This document shows positions 14,667 through 28,549 of a stretch of DNA of 64,000 nt, in pieces (the stretch's first letter is position 1; each line of letters opens with the position of its first letter). A program made the translations under genes and the position numbers. Below the pieces are notes generated by a model that searched no databases, had not been told where the DNA came from, and worked only from the letters and a program-made list of their open reading frames with translations. The DNA is from the human T2T-CHM13v2.0 reference genome, Homo sapiens. The stretch lies in assembly GCF_009914755.1 (NCBI RefSeq), contig NC_060926.1; one strand, 5' to 3'.

Positions 14667-15039
14667 TGCTATGTTTTAAATGTGTCCCCTAAAGTTTATA
14701 TATTAGAAACTTAATTCCCAATGCAATGTTGTAGAGAGGTGGAACCTTAAGAGGTGATTAGGTCATAAGGGTTCTGCCCTCGTTGATGGATTAATGTGGC
14801 TATTGTGAGAATGAGTTAGTTATCACAGGAGTGGGTTGCTGATAAAAGGATGAGTTTGGTCCCCTTCTGTCCTTTTTCTTTTGCACCTCTACCTTCTGCT
14901 ATGGGCTGACGCAGCAAAAGGGCCCCACCAGATGCTGACACCTTAATATTGGACATCCAAGCCTCCAGAAATTATCTGTTTTTTATAAGTCACCTAGTCT
15001 CAACGTTTTTGTTTCAACACCATAAAATGGGCTAAGACA
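14667..15039 (+). mobile_element. ERVL-MaLR solo LTR, MSTD-like
   Basis: tgctatgttttaaatgtgtccc...gagtgggttgctgataaaaggatgagtttgg...ctaagaca; probable 5-bp TSD gttga/gttgt. Confidence 0.88.
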
Positions 15040-15079
15040 GTTGTTCTTAGTCTGTCTCATATAGGCATTCAATAATGTG

Positions 15080-15417
<338 letters not shown>

Positions 15418-18350
15418 TGAATTATATATATTTATATTATATAATTTTTCATAAGAGCTTATGTCATATATGTTCATAATTTTCTTCATTCTGCTATTAT
15501 AATTTTCAGACAAAGTTCTTATAGTTTGGGTACTTAGGGCTACAGATATATCTTAATGGCTCCAAAAAGTTTCCTAACACATTTCTGAAAATCAAATATA
15601 AATCTCTTTAAAAATTATATATAATATATGAGATGACTCAAATATAAAAATGAATTTATAGGGAACTCTCCATAAATAATAAAGCAGACATGTTCTCTGA
15701 AATAAATCTTTCCTATGATTTTAGAGCTCTACCGTTATGCTAAATTATTTTTCTCAAATAAGCTTCTATATGTTTCAATTCCATGGGAAATAGCAATCCA
15801 AAATTTAAAATTAGCTTAAAAAATCTATATGATCAGTCTTTTCGTGTTATCCACTAAGAGTGTAATTTGCAAGTAATTAATCAATAGATGGTTCAATAAA
15901 AAAACCACTAAGGCATAGGTTGTCAATGTTATTGACTACTATCCTCTCTCATGGGAAAAGAAAAGTCCGTCACTGAATGACAAAGAATTTCCATTTTTAG
16001 AGTCTTTGCCATTTTAATAATTATTTCATGGCACTATTGTTCTAATATCCTATATTTGCTTTCATGTGAAATATAGGCTTCATGAAAATCTGAAGAACTA
16101 AAGGATTAAATGATTGAACACTGACAAAGCTGACTGAGGAGGCTTGGACATTCAACAGTTTTGCTTTCACTACCAAGTGGATGGAGGATTTTTAAAATTA
16201 TTTTTCAAGCGTGCTCTTTAATTTGCCATTAGTACATATTTACATAAGTTTTCTATCACTTACGATTATCTTATATAAGACACAACACAAGTAAAAAGGG
16301 ACAAAAGAATCCTATAGATACTCACATTGCTCCACACACCTGAGACCTAGTTATATTTTTGTCTCCAGCCTTCAGCTAAAATTTGCTCTGTAGAATTTAT
16401 TCACCAAGGTCACTAAAGTCAGATCACTTGTATATTTTGCCCAACTGACGTCAGGTAAAGACAACTGAGTATTTCAAGTGCTGGGGTGCCTTATTATTTC
16501 AGGACCATTGGTCACAGGAATTATGCTTATCCAAGAACTTTTCTAGTGAGCCTAAAGTGGTGTCTTACTTGAAAATGAATTTTTCAGAGACAAATATCTC
16601 AATTTTCATTTGACAGAATTCTGTTACATGTGAAGATCAGCTTAAAGAGACTAACAACAACAAAAAGAACATGATGACCTTATAAACATTATGGACCTCA
16701 GTGGACTAGGAAAAAGGACATTTAGAGTGGACTTTGGGAGGGGAACAACGGTTTCCCAAAGATTGTTATAGCTTAATGAGTTCCGTGATCACACATCCAT
16801 TATGTCAGGTAAACATGGCTCCCTGCTGGCTCCCCAAAGCCTGCTGACAATTGGTGGTTATGATGTTAACTCACTTGAACACCCTAGAAATGTTTTAATG
16901 TCTTTTTCTCCTATTTTTACAACATTAGAACAAGGCTTGAATTTACCAAGAAAATGTAAGAGCAAAAACAAAATAACATAACTTGGGTACTTCTGATAGC
17001 AGTTCTGTGTTGTTACTGTAAGCAATGCTTATTTTAAGAAATGATATTCTTCCAATTATTAAAAATAATTTTGAGAATACCTATGAATTTATCAGAAATA
17101 AAGAATTTTCAAATATCAGCACACTCTAATAAATTATGCCCCTTTAGTTAAAGGAAGGCCAAGATTAACATTGTACATATTTGTCTAAAATTACTGGTTT
17201 TAATTGCTTTGCATGAAACCAAAAGCGTAACATGTTTGGTTTTCAAAAGACAAAAGTAATAAAACATGTTGTTTTAAATATCAGGATTATTTTATTTAAA
17301 CGGGAGTTTTTCCCAATGAGGAGGAAAATAATACATGCATTAAGCATTCCTCACAGGCCCCTTACCTGAAGAGAAAATAATAGCATCAGCAAAGTACAGT
17401 GTCAACATTTAAAAGTGATGCTTGGTTTGGTTGTTTTCAAAAGCTGTATAGAATGATATGTGTAGTATTAAAAGAGACAAACCTAAGCCTTGATTTTAGT
17501 CTTCATTCTGATTTTCCGACAGAAAATCTTTAATGTAGAGACTCTGATGAGAAAGCAAACTATCCTTTATGTAAATTTATCACTTAGAAGCATTGAACAT
17601 GTACTTGATGTTATACAAGCCCATCATTCTTCCTGGAATAAAAATTCCTCTTTTTTCAAGAAGTAAAGTGGTACTTATGGAGCATAAAAAGTAAAATAGA
17701 TGGTCCTTTTCTCCATACCTGTTTATTTATAAGGCAAATGTAAAAGCCCTGCATGGTGAAAAGATATAATGAAAATCAGAAAAATCTTTATTTTTAACTG
17801 ATAAAATTTAAAAAAAGCTATCTGAAATAATACTACCAAGATCAGAAAAGTATTCCAGATTGCCAGTAATTTAGTCTTGATATTTTCAGATTCAACATGG
17901 CGGTGGATCCTCACAGGACACGCAGCAAGAGAGCAGTCATGATTTGAGGGGCCACCAATAAGTTAATAAGTAGTGGGAGAAACCCTCAGTTCTAATGTAG
18001 CAAAAATGTCATTTTAAACTATCTGAGGAAAAAATAAATTACATTTTGAATGACTAATCTAAGGAGAAAATATGAGAATCTATACTGAAGTATTTTCTGC
18101 AACAAGGATCTTTCCTTTGATAATAAAGGAGTTCATTAATTATATTCATACAATTGTTAATGATTTCTTTTAGGAACTATTTTTAAAGCCCACCTTGGGT
18201 TCACCAGATTATAAAGGACATCTCCTACATATCTCACTCTTCAGGAGTTCATCTTATATTTACTGTATCATGATGAACAACCTATTGTAAATTGGTTCTC
18301 TTTTTCTTCACTAATTTTGTTCCTGCAATTCCCTCTGCTTAGATATCCAT

Positions 18351-18530
18351 CTATGGCAGCAATAGTCTATATGGCACTTTTGTGCTAATTAGAAAAAGGC
18401 AACTTTGGACAAATGCAACCCTGGATAAGGGCACATAGTTTGATAAATAGAATGCAATGTGGATGTCACTCCTCCTTTCAGTTTTTATATGTAGTTCCTT
18501 TGTGCAGTGCACAGACCTTGCAGCAGCCCT
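18351..18530 (-). mobile_element. MER91-like hAT-Tip100 DNA transposon
   Basis: tatggcacttttgtgctaattagaaaaaggc and ttgtgcagtgcac...gcagccctg resemble the two MER91 ends. Confidence 0.65.
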
Positions 18531-18629
18531 GATCTCTCCTATTCTAAACTTCACTGATTTCTAAGCATTAATAACTGCCCACTGTGGGCAAAACTGGAGA
18601 TCCAGAAAAGTATGTATGTAATAATAAAA

Positions 18630-18830
18630 CTACAATAATGCTTAGTGTGTGTTAGGAAGTCACTTTGAGTTGGAGTTTTATAAATCTGTTCTATACTCAC
18701 AACATCCCTTTGAGCTTTTTTGCAAAGAGGTGCGCAAAGGTTCAGGGAGATTGTGTATCATGGCCAGTGTTATACAGCTAACAAGTGATAAAGCCTGCAT
18801 TTGAGGACAAGCAGACTGACTTTAAAACTT
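18630..18830 (-). mobile_element. MIR
   Basis: Degenerate MIR core (ctcacaacatccctttgag...atacagctaacaagtgat). Confidence 0.5.
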
Positions 18831-19259
18831 AATCTCATTACCTCAACCCTAATGTGTGTTTTGTAAATTACTGGGAACAGCTCAAGTGTAGGCTCCTGGA
18901 TCCTGCGCATACATTTCTCTCCTTGCATTCAAGTATAGGAAGCAAAACATGATCATGGGGCAAAGAAACATGAGAGTCTTGAGAGAGCCTTTTGTCCATG
19001 AATAATGTTTTAACTTCTTTATTGGATTTTTATAACCTGATTCATCCTGAAAAGGATTTAAAGATGATATCCTCCATTTAAATCATACCACATGGTGGCA
19101 TATTAAACAACCAAACAAGCAAACAAACAGGTAAATTCCATCTGTTACAGTGGGGATTCTGATATGAATAGCATTGCTGTTCTGTTTGTGGAATCCGTGC
19201 CAGTCTTAAATATTTTCATCACACAGGACTATATGACTGACTACTACTATTATAACAAA

Positions 19260-19440
19260 CATTATTACTAATACTGCTACTAATAAACTTCCTTTAATTG
19301 AGTGCAAAAAACAGGTATTATCTCAAAACTTCAAAAGAATAATGTATACTAGGTATCATTATCCCCATTTTATAGATAAGAAAATATAAACTTGAAGAGA
19401 TAATGTAATTGATCAGAGGTCACAGTGCTATATAAGTGCA
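19260..19440 (-). mobile_element. MIR
   Basis: aggtatcattatccccattttatagataagaaaa...aggtcacag. Confidence 0.65.
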
Positions 19441-19579
19441 GTCTTTTCTTATACAATGATACACCATATTGCCACTGAGTATGGTAGCAAAGCAGAAGCT
19501 GCAAAGCATTACATCAAGGTGCCTTTCCATCTATGCTATGAATTCTACTAGTACATGTACCGATAACTTACATCACAGT

Positions 19580-19950
19580 TATTAATATACAGATGCCTAA
19601 CACCACCCAGAAAACATTCCGCCCAGAAATGCTCAACCTTACTCTAGTCTAGGCGATAGATCTAATATCTAGTTTACAGAAAATATCAGTTATAGAGGAC
19701 AAAGATAGATAAAATAATGAGAAAGTCAGAGCAAATTCAGAACATTGAATATTCTATAAGTGACGGAATCATTTCAAAAGGTCAAACTCATGTAAAAAAT
19801 AGGGAGGGACTACAATTCATTATAAAAGGAGAATTAAGAAAAAGAACAACCAAATATAATGTGTGATCCATGATTATGTAGTAGTTAAAAGGAAAAAAAT
19901 GTTTAAAAAAGCCATAAAAGATAGAGAAAATTGGAAAAATGTAAAATGAG
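19580..19950 (+). mobile_element. Old L1ME-type 3' fragment
   Basis: tagatctaatatctagtttacagaaaata...gcaaattcagaacattgaatattctata...aaccaaatataatgtgtga pattern. Confidence 0.5.
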
Positions 19951-20544
19951 CTATCAAATTCAGGAGGGAAATAAAGAAGATGAGTTTTACTGGAGGAATC
20001 ATGGAAGATGTCATAAAATCAGAGGCATTTGTTCCATCTATTGCATGGCATTGCTCTGTGATTTTCCAGACTACATTGATTTCCTCATTGTCTAAACTAG
20101 AATCTTGACAATAACATTTTTGAATAAATATTTCTAGATGGCGTTCTCTAATTGTTTCTGGTGTTTAAGCCTCTTCTCCCCAGGATTCTATCTTCTACTC
20201 TTCGAATTGGTTCTGATGTGCTCAGTACAAGACTCTATAGTAGGTACTCAAATAGATTGAGGCATTGAATATGTATGTACACACAAGACTCTCAAAGCCT
20301 CTTGCTAGCCAATGGGTGTATTAACACAAAGCAATGTGTGTTGCAATAAAATTCCAGTGTAAAGTCATGGATTAAAGGACTCTTTGAAGTTATTTGTAAT
20401 TCCATTCTCTTATTGCAAAATTTAATCTAACTAGATGCTAATAAAAATAAGTTGGTACTTAACCACCAGAAAGAAAGGAATCTTTCTTCCCCCTGGTGGT
20501 TATAGAATGCAGCCTCAACATATCTTGGTGAGGTGGGAGGATTT

Positions 20545-20690
20545 ATGCATTATTCTCCTGATTTTACAAGACAGGAAATAGACACAGAGAGAGGCTAAGT
20601 GACTTGCCCAAGGACAAAGAGTGAGTCAGATGCAGAGCTGGGAATCAAGCCCACTTCTCTTGGTTCCCAGTGTACAGCTTTTCTCAGCAA
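20545..20690 (-). mobile_element. MIR
   Basis: agagaggctaagtgacttgcccaagg...gcagagctgggaatcaagccca, a clear MIR core. Confidence 0.8.
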
Positions 20691-21862
20691 GCCATAATGC
20701 CTTTCAGAAGGATCATTTCCTAAAATGTATTAAGTTGTTAAAAATTCAATATGGGTGTTACATTACTTTCCAGCTAGCTCTGTTTCTCACTACCTTACTA
20801 GAGCTATTATCAGAAGCTAAACTAATTGTCAGATTAGTAATTCCATATCTATAATTTTTAAGCAATACCTCATTAAAACTGGATATATACAAATATCTAA
20901 GAAGAATCAGAGTTTTTAGAGAATGAGGTTAGGAGTAACCTTTACAGTTGCCACAAAAAAAAAAAAAATGTAGCTTCAAAGTTAGGAGAAAGTGGAAATG
21001 ATCATGTAGAACAAGGTCTCATCAGCCACCAGAAATTTTAAAACAAAAAGAACACAACAATGTTGTGTTCATGGTGAAGCAGCACTAAAAACAAAACTAA
21101 CTAACTAACTAAATAAATACGTGTGTACATTGAAAAAGTGGAGATCCTAGGCCTTTCAAGAAGATTCTGGACACTTGTTTTTATTCAAAGCAATGCTTGT
21201 TCCATTAGCTGGGATTTTACCAGTTAGTTCATTGGGAATTCTGGATCATGGACAGGCACCATCCTTTTCAGTGATAATTACTAGAGCCTCTTATTGTGCT
21301 AACTCAACCAGAAATGGTAACTAAGCAGGCCAGATACTCAAACTTCTATACACAGTCCTCCAGCTGTGATCACTGGAAACATCACTAACTGATAACAATG
21401 CCCTTTACCAATGAATCCAGACTCAGTATAGGATCTCTTTCTATAGAGCAGTATGAACAGCCACCACCAATTGGTCATGACTGGTCCAAAACATTAAACC
21501 CATTCACTATATCTAGCATCTACTTATCTATGCACTCCCTTCTGCAAGCCAAGATATAGAATCCTTATAGACCCATTGTCTTACCTCCCAGTTCTGATCA
21601 AATCCTTTGCTATTGTCTTTTATATGACTTGCTTATGCTTCTTTTTAAGTCAACATACCTAACACAGATTTCCCTAAAAATGATCAATATGCAGTAGTCT
21701 GTTTTATAAAACATATCTATATTTTTCCTCAGAAACTTTGAAAACAGTGGATTTCAAATGCCTTAAGGAGCATCATAAGAAGTAATCATAGTAATTCAGA
21801 ATTCTAGTCAGCATATAATCAATTATTGCAGTGAATATTAAAATTAAAGTATTGAACAGTTC

Positions 21863-22520
21863 TAGTCCAGCAACCCCACTGCAGAGTATATATCTAAAAG
21901 AAAAGAAATCAGCATATCAAAGAGATATCTGTGCCACTATTTTTATTGCAGCACTATTCATAACAGCCAAGATATGAAATCAACCTAAGTATCTATCAAG
22001 ATGAATGGATAAACAAAATGTGGTACATATACACAATGAAATATTATTCGGTCATGAAAAATAATACAATTCTGTCATTTACAGCAACATAGATGGAACT
22101 GGGGGGCATTAAACAAAGGGAAATAAGCCAGGCCCAAAAAGGCAAGTATCACATGTTATTACTTATATGTGGGAGTTCATGAAGGTAGAGAGTAGAGCAA
22201 TAGATACTGAAGCCCGGGAAAGGTGTGCTAGGGTGGGAAATGAAGAGTAGCTGGTTAATGATTACAACATACATTTAGATAGACAGAAAAAGATCTGGTG
22301 TTTGATAGCACAATAGGGTGACTATAGTTAATAATTTATTGTACATTTCAAAGTGAAAGATTTGGAATGTTGACAACAAAAAGAAATAATAAATGTTTGA
22401 GGTGATAAAAATCCCAATTACCCAGTTTCAATCATTACACATTGTATATTTGTATCAAAATATGACGTGTCCATAAATATGTACAGCTTCTATGAATCCA
22501 TAAAAATTAAAAATAGAAAT
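21863..22520 (+). mobile_element. L1MA-type ORF2 end and 3'UTR
   Basis: ccagcaaccccactg...gcactattcataacagccaagatatgaaatcaacctaagt...gatgaatggataaacaaaatgtgg, ending in an A-rich tail. Confidence 0.9.
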
Positions 22521-22926
22521 ACATAAGGTAATGAGCAAAATGATTTCTTTTGGAACAGTAAAACATATTAACGGAGGAATTGTTCTTGCAATTGGTTATC
22601 ACCTTTAAGATAACCTTATGATACTTAAGAGAGTGCATTCAGTTAGAAGTCTGTAAAATTTCAACATCCTATGAAATGCTTTAGAGAAGTGATTGATTCC
22701 AGGCTGCAAACAGAGAAAAAAAAATACAAGATGAGCTTGGAACATCTGGCAGTGTTAGAAAATAAGAAAGCGCTCAAAAAAGGTTGAAGATATGTCAAAG
22801 GGTAGAGGAGGCAAACTGAAAGAGCTCCCAGTGGCCAAAGGTGGAACAATTTGAGTGAGAAAATAAACAGTGATAGTACTAGATTATATCACAAAAAATA
22901 AAATAAAATATCTGTGAGTCTATACC

Positions 22927-23253
22927 TATATATATTACATACATATAATATATATATTATATATAATATATATTATATATTACATATATAATATATATAT
23001 TATATATGTAATATATTATATATATGTAATATATATATTATATGTAATATATATAATATATATGTTACATATATATAATATATAATATATATATTATATA
23101 TATGTAACATATATATTATATATATGTAATATATATATTATATATGTAATATATATATTATATATGTAATATATATATTATATATATGTAATATATATAT
23201 TATATATGTAATATATATCATATATATGTAATATATATATGATATATATATAT
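22927..23253. repeat. AT-rich minisatellite, unit about ATATATATTATATATGTA (18-22 bp)
   Basis: About 325 bp almost entirely A/T, with units in both orientations. Confidence 0.97.
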
Positions 23254-23318
23254 GGGGGAAGTGACAGCTCTTCCTTAGAGAAGCATTCCAATTAATAAAC
23301 CTATAGTAGAAAGAATGC

Positions 23319-23598
23319 ATCTGGGCACAGTAGCTTATACCTGTAATCCCAGCACTTTGGGAGGCCAAGGCGGGTGAATCATTTGAGGTCAGGAGTGTGG
23401 GAGCAGCCGGCCAACATGGTGAAATGTCTATCTCTACTAAAAATACAAAAATTATCTGGGTGCGGTTGCATATGCCTGTAGTCCCAGCTACTCAAGAGCC
23501 TGGGAGGAGGAGGTTGGAGTGAGCTGAGACCGCAACACTGAACTCCAGCCTGGGTGACAGAGCGAGAGTCTGTCTCAAAAAAAAAAAAAAAAAAAAAA
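23319..23598 (+). mobile_element. AluS with short internal deletion in right arm
   Basis: Alu dimer with pure poly-A; lacks the gaggcaggagaatcgcttga segment; TSD core aaagaatg. Confidence 0.95.
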
Positions 23599-24895
23599 GA
23601 ATGAGAAAGATATCACCTCACTCAATTGATCAAGATTAACATAACTAATAATAGGGTATATTGTCATGTATTTCCCAAGGGTATACTGAGTAGGGCACAT
23701 CTCTTTGTGACAAGAATGCATAATTTCCATTTGATCATGAGAAAACATCAGACAAAGCCAAATTGTAGGACAGTTACTAAAGAACTGACCAGCAGTCCTC
23801 AAATGAGCCCAGGTTATAAAAGTAAATGAAAGACAGATACTCTCACCAACTGGATGAATCAAAGGATGCATGACAATTTAATGCAGTGAACATTGCATCC
23901 TGGATTGGATATTGGGATAGAAGGTCATTAGTGGAAAAAACTGGTAAAATATGAATACAATCTATACCCTCATTAATAATGTTGTCTTGCCAATGCTACA
24001 TTTTTGTTTTAATATTGTATTATAGTTATGTATTATGTTAGTATCTGGGGAATTGGTTGAAGGGTAAATGGAAACTCTGTATTAGACTTACAAATTTTCT
24101 GTAAGTCTAAAATTATATCAAAATATAAAGTTAAAAAAATACTTCGTCAAATAATGAGTTTGGATAAACTAATTCTTATGTGAAACACATGTATGAAGTC
24201 TGAAGTCAGTGTGTGGTAATAGAGCACACAGTTGGCCCTTGTTTAGTCACAGCTTCCCAAGGAACAGAAAGATAAAATACAAACCTAAATGTGATCTCAT
24301 TTGTATCTCAGTATGAGAATTTGTCTACTTATCAGAATCATATCTCTGCTGTCTTCCCTTTGCTGTGTTTTTCTTCTGCTCCCTTTTTTTCTTTTCTTTA
24401 TTTCCTTCCACATTTCACTAACAATGTGTGTGTGACATTGTAATGTTGTTTCAACCACGTGCTGTTACTTCCCACACGGAATATTTTCCCCCAGGCCCCT
24501 GCAGTACTAAGGCTGAAATCTCCGCTTAGCATTTCTTCATTAGTATTAAGAGAGTTTTGTTTCTTAGAGCACTTTCAGAAACATGATCCCATGTTAAGTC
24601 ACAATTGGGTCTAATATCATTAAACCTCTGCTGGGTCATTAATGATTTTCTCTGCATCCACGTTCTCTCCCCCGATTCTGCTTTACGTTTAGCAAGGGGG
24701 AGGAAGATGTGAAGACAGAAATGCAGGATTCATCCTCGTATTCTTCTTTCCGAACCCACATCCTGCCATAATGGCCCAGTCGAAATATCTAGTCATTATG
24801 CTCGGCTCTCTAGGGCCATCTTTTGCCTGCAGTGCACCAAGTAAAAACATGTTTTCATTGTGACCCAGTCCAGCCTTCTATTGATATCGGCAACT

Positions 24896-25290
24896 CAGGG
24901 GTTGCATAGTAAACCACAGGCTGTTAGCCTCAATGTTGAATCCAGCAACTTGCTTTATTGGTTCCCACAATGGATTTTTATTTGTGTGTGTGTGTGTTTG
25001 TGTGTGTGTGAGAGAGAGAGAGAAAGAGAGAGTCTGTGTATGTGTTTTCTGCTTTATCTTGATAGGCAATATTTAAAACTTAGGATATTTTCCATAAAAA
25101 TTCAGATTCCCAGCCAGTCTTAAAGGCCTGTAACCCTGGGCCCACAATCACTCAAGGCCAGAGTCTGCTCAAGTTGAATATCAGCTGCCCTTTTGGACAG
25201 TGTGGATTTTCTCCAATTTACAAGTCACCCACATCATCTTCTGACCAGCCTGGCTGCTATATGCTTTTGTGTTTGCAAAGCTTGCCCTAT
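24896..25290. mobile_element. MER102-like hAT-Charlie element with internal (TG)n(AG)n
   Basis: caggggttgca start; aaaattcagattcccagc...accctgggccc...cagctgcccttttggac; microsatellite at ~24983-25032. Confidence 0.55.
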
Positions 25291-27457
25291 ATCTTGACTT
25301 TTAATCCATAAAGGTCAGTCAAATATGTCTGAGTGCCATTGCTTGACATGATGAGCATAGAAATTTAAGCAGCCTTTTCCTCTGAGTCTAGGAATCTCAG
25401 AAGCCACAGTCAACCCTATTTCTCTCTGTGAAACCATAGAAGAAAAGTTGCCAATCATTTTCTTTTGCCTGCAGAAGGGAAGAAAAAGGGCAGGATTCCT
25501 ACTTCGGGTTCCTTTATATGATTTTTTTTTCTTTGCTTTTTAAGGAAATGTTTTTATTCTTATTACAAATTGCACTCAACTCTCACTTACATAGTGACTC
25601 TCGGGCTTGGGTTTACAATGTCGTGATGGAGCCATTACTGTTGTATTTTGCATGGAAGAATTTTACTAATCCTCTTTGGCATTCATCTCTAAATCTTGGT
25701 AAATTCAAATAGCTTCAGCCTCTGAAAGTTTATTTTTTACTTAAGTGATTTTCACGCTATTGCTAGATTTTTCAGGTGTCTCCCCAGCTTCACAGCTATC
25801 TGAATACGCTTTGGTTACCTCCCTTGGCTCTTTACAGCAGGTTTATGGTCTGTTCCAACGGGTCGACATTTTCTGCCCAAATGACTTTAACTGTGAGTGT
25901 GCAGTCAGTAATTATCATTTTTGTGCTTTACCTAATATATAAATAACTCCCTTATATTCATTTTGAACCTGTTCCCATAGTACTTTCCTTATGAAAGAAA
26001 AAAGCCCTTCAGCAGACTTTGGTGTGATATGAGCAGAGTTCCAGTCAGGGGGCATAAATCATACCTCGTATTCACATATATACAAGTAACCCTTCCCCTT
26101 TCTGCTGTTTTTATTTACTTAGATTAATTTATTTCCAAACATTTGGCACCCCTCTGCTAAAGTACACAGCAAACAAATTTACAGTGAGTCCCAAATTAAA
26201 TATTAATGCAAAATCTCCAGCTCCAAATTTCATTTGGTTCAGTCACTGTAAAATTTAATAAAATTTTGGTATGTGTTTCATATTTAACTTATTTCAAGGT
26301 ATAATGTTGACTTTAGCATTGAAATTTTGGAGCCAAATTATCAAAGAGGGTTTGACAACATGAATGAAAAGTAAACTTAAAGTGACAAATTATATTTCTA
26401 CACATGCATCTAGCAAATATCTACCAAACCTGCAAGTAAGCTCTTTACACAACAAATAAATTAGTTGAGATCTTTTGCTTCAATATTTTATTTAGGCATT
26501 TCTAACATTTTAAATGCCTGAGCTTTGAATCTCTTTTCATTTTAACCTAATGCATGTTTAGTGTCTCTTCCCTTAAGTGTAAAAACATACCATGCTTGAA
26601 AACTAAGAAAGCAGGTTATTTTCTTATACATTACTTATAATGATCATGTAGCATTTCCAAGGTAATTTCTCTGGTTGAAGTAAAGTATATTCTTCCACAA
26701 TGCTGCAGGTCCAGCAATATAAATTAAATAGTGTTTAAAAGGGTTGATTACTCCAAGCTGCCTTTTTGGCACTCTGTTTAGATGCTCTTCATAACCTAAA
26801 AACAAACTGAGTGAGATATTTTGGGGATTAAGCTGGTACTCTGAAATGCAGATTTGGACATCAACTTATAAACCTAAACTCTCACTTTTTCTCAAAGTGG
26901 AGAATGGGAGAGAAAGCACCAAGAGAGAAAACAGAGCAATGAAAAAAATCATAGGAACAAAATCCCAAAACAATCTTCAAATACCTTAGGACCCAGGGTA
27001 ATTCAATCAGCTTAACAGTAACAATATTTCCTTCAAATAGTGTATTCCTTTCTCTTTTTTTCATATATTCTCTAGGCTGTGATATTTTTCTTTCCATCAT
27101 TTTTATAGTACTTTCCTCCTTTGTCTTTCTTTGCCTCTCACTCTCTCTTTCCTTTTTAGCTTCAACAAGGACTAAATAGACCCCAAACCGTTTGATCCGT
27201 ATCCACAAGCAAGCTTTCCTTGACAATCCAAAGTTGTACAATTGCTAGTGTTTTTATTTTCTAGTTTTGGTTTTAATAGGGTGGTTATTTCTGCCTCCGA
27301 GTCTACAAACCACACTGAGACTGGTACATGTTAGCATGTCAGGCACTACAATGTTTATTCAATGAATGTGTAGATACATAAGAATAATCCAAGGGCTCTA
27401 ATTGTCCAACAGGTAATAACCGTATATCATAAACTCTTACCTGGTAGGTTCTCCTAA

Positions 27458-27798
<341 letters not shown>

Positions 27799-28549
27799 TT
27801 TACTACAGTTTTCTTGGAATTTCCAGGGAGGGTGATGAATACAGCCAATAATAGCTTTGTTACAATTTCTTCCCTTTTTCCTAATTAAATATTCATCAGC
27901 AGGAACTTGAGTGTCAGTACAAACTCTTCTCAATCATGTCAAGAATTCAGGGACAATTGAAAAGGAGCTCTTTCTTTAAAACACTGCAAATTTCTTCAAC
28001 AAACAAACCCAAATAAGTCTTCATAGGCCAATGCCTGTTTCTTTTGCTATTATGCTGGTTTATGTTGATAGAAATAACAGCAAAATTATTGCTTCCATAC
28101 TTGTCAATGCTTAAAACATTGCTAAGTGTATCATTTTAACTAATTCCCTAAAGAATACTGTGAGTCAGACTCAATTAATTCCATTTTACAGACATGGCAT
28201 AGACAAACACAGGGTGTTAGGAAATATGGTATTAATAATTCTGAAATATAAAAGAAAAAGCAATAAGAAAGTAAACAATATTGTAGGGCCCACATATGAC
28301 CATCATGTGACTTTTATTGTGAACCATGTTTTACACAAATCAATAAAAGGCACTGCAAAATGGAATGTACCCATTTAAAATAGCCTGAAATAATTTATTA
28401 TCTGATTAGAATATTAACCCTTTCCTCCAAAGATTATCTTTTGCGGCTTTATTTCATGCCTATCCTCCCTAATACATAGAATGGTGCTGCATTCGTTCTT
28501 ATAGAAAATCTTTCTAAACTAAAAATGCAAATCTCTGTTGTAGCTTGTC

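Larger units (their letters stand above)
22660..24140 (+). mobile_element. L1MC-type 3' region interrupted by an AT minisatellite and an Alu
   Basis: aactgaaagagctcccagtggccaaag and atcatgagaaaacatcagacaaa, ending aaaattatatcaaaatataaagttaaaaaaa. Confidence 0.7.

Noticed and set aside
21190-21520. Possible ERVL/MaLR fragment (also ~42300-42700)
   Set aside because: Composition is suggestive but I could not match termini or a consensus by eye.
22927-23253. CRISPR-like array
   Set aside because: Tandem AT units without unique spacers in a eukaryotic genome.
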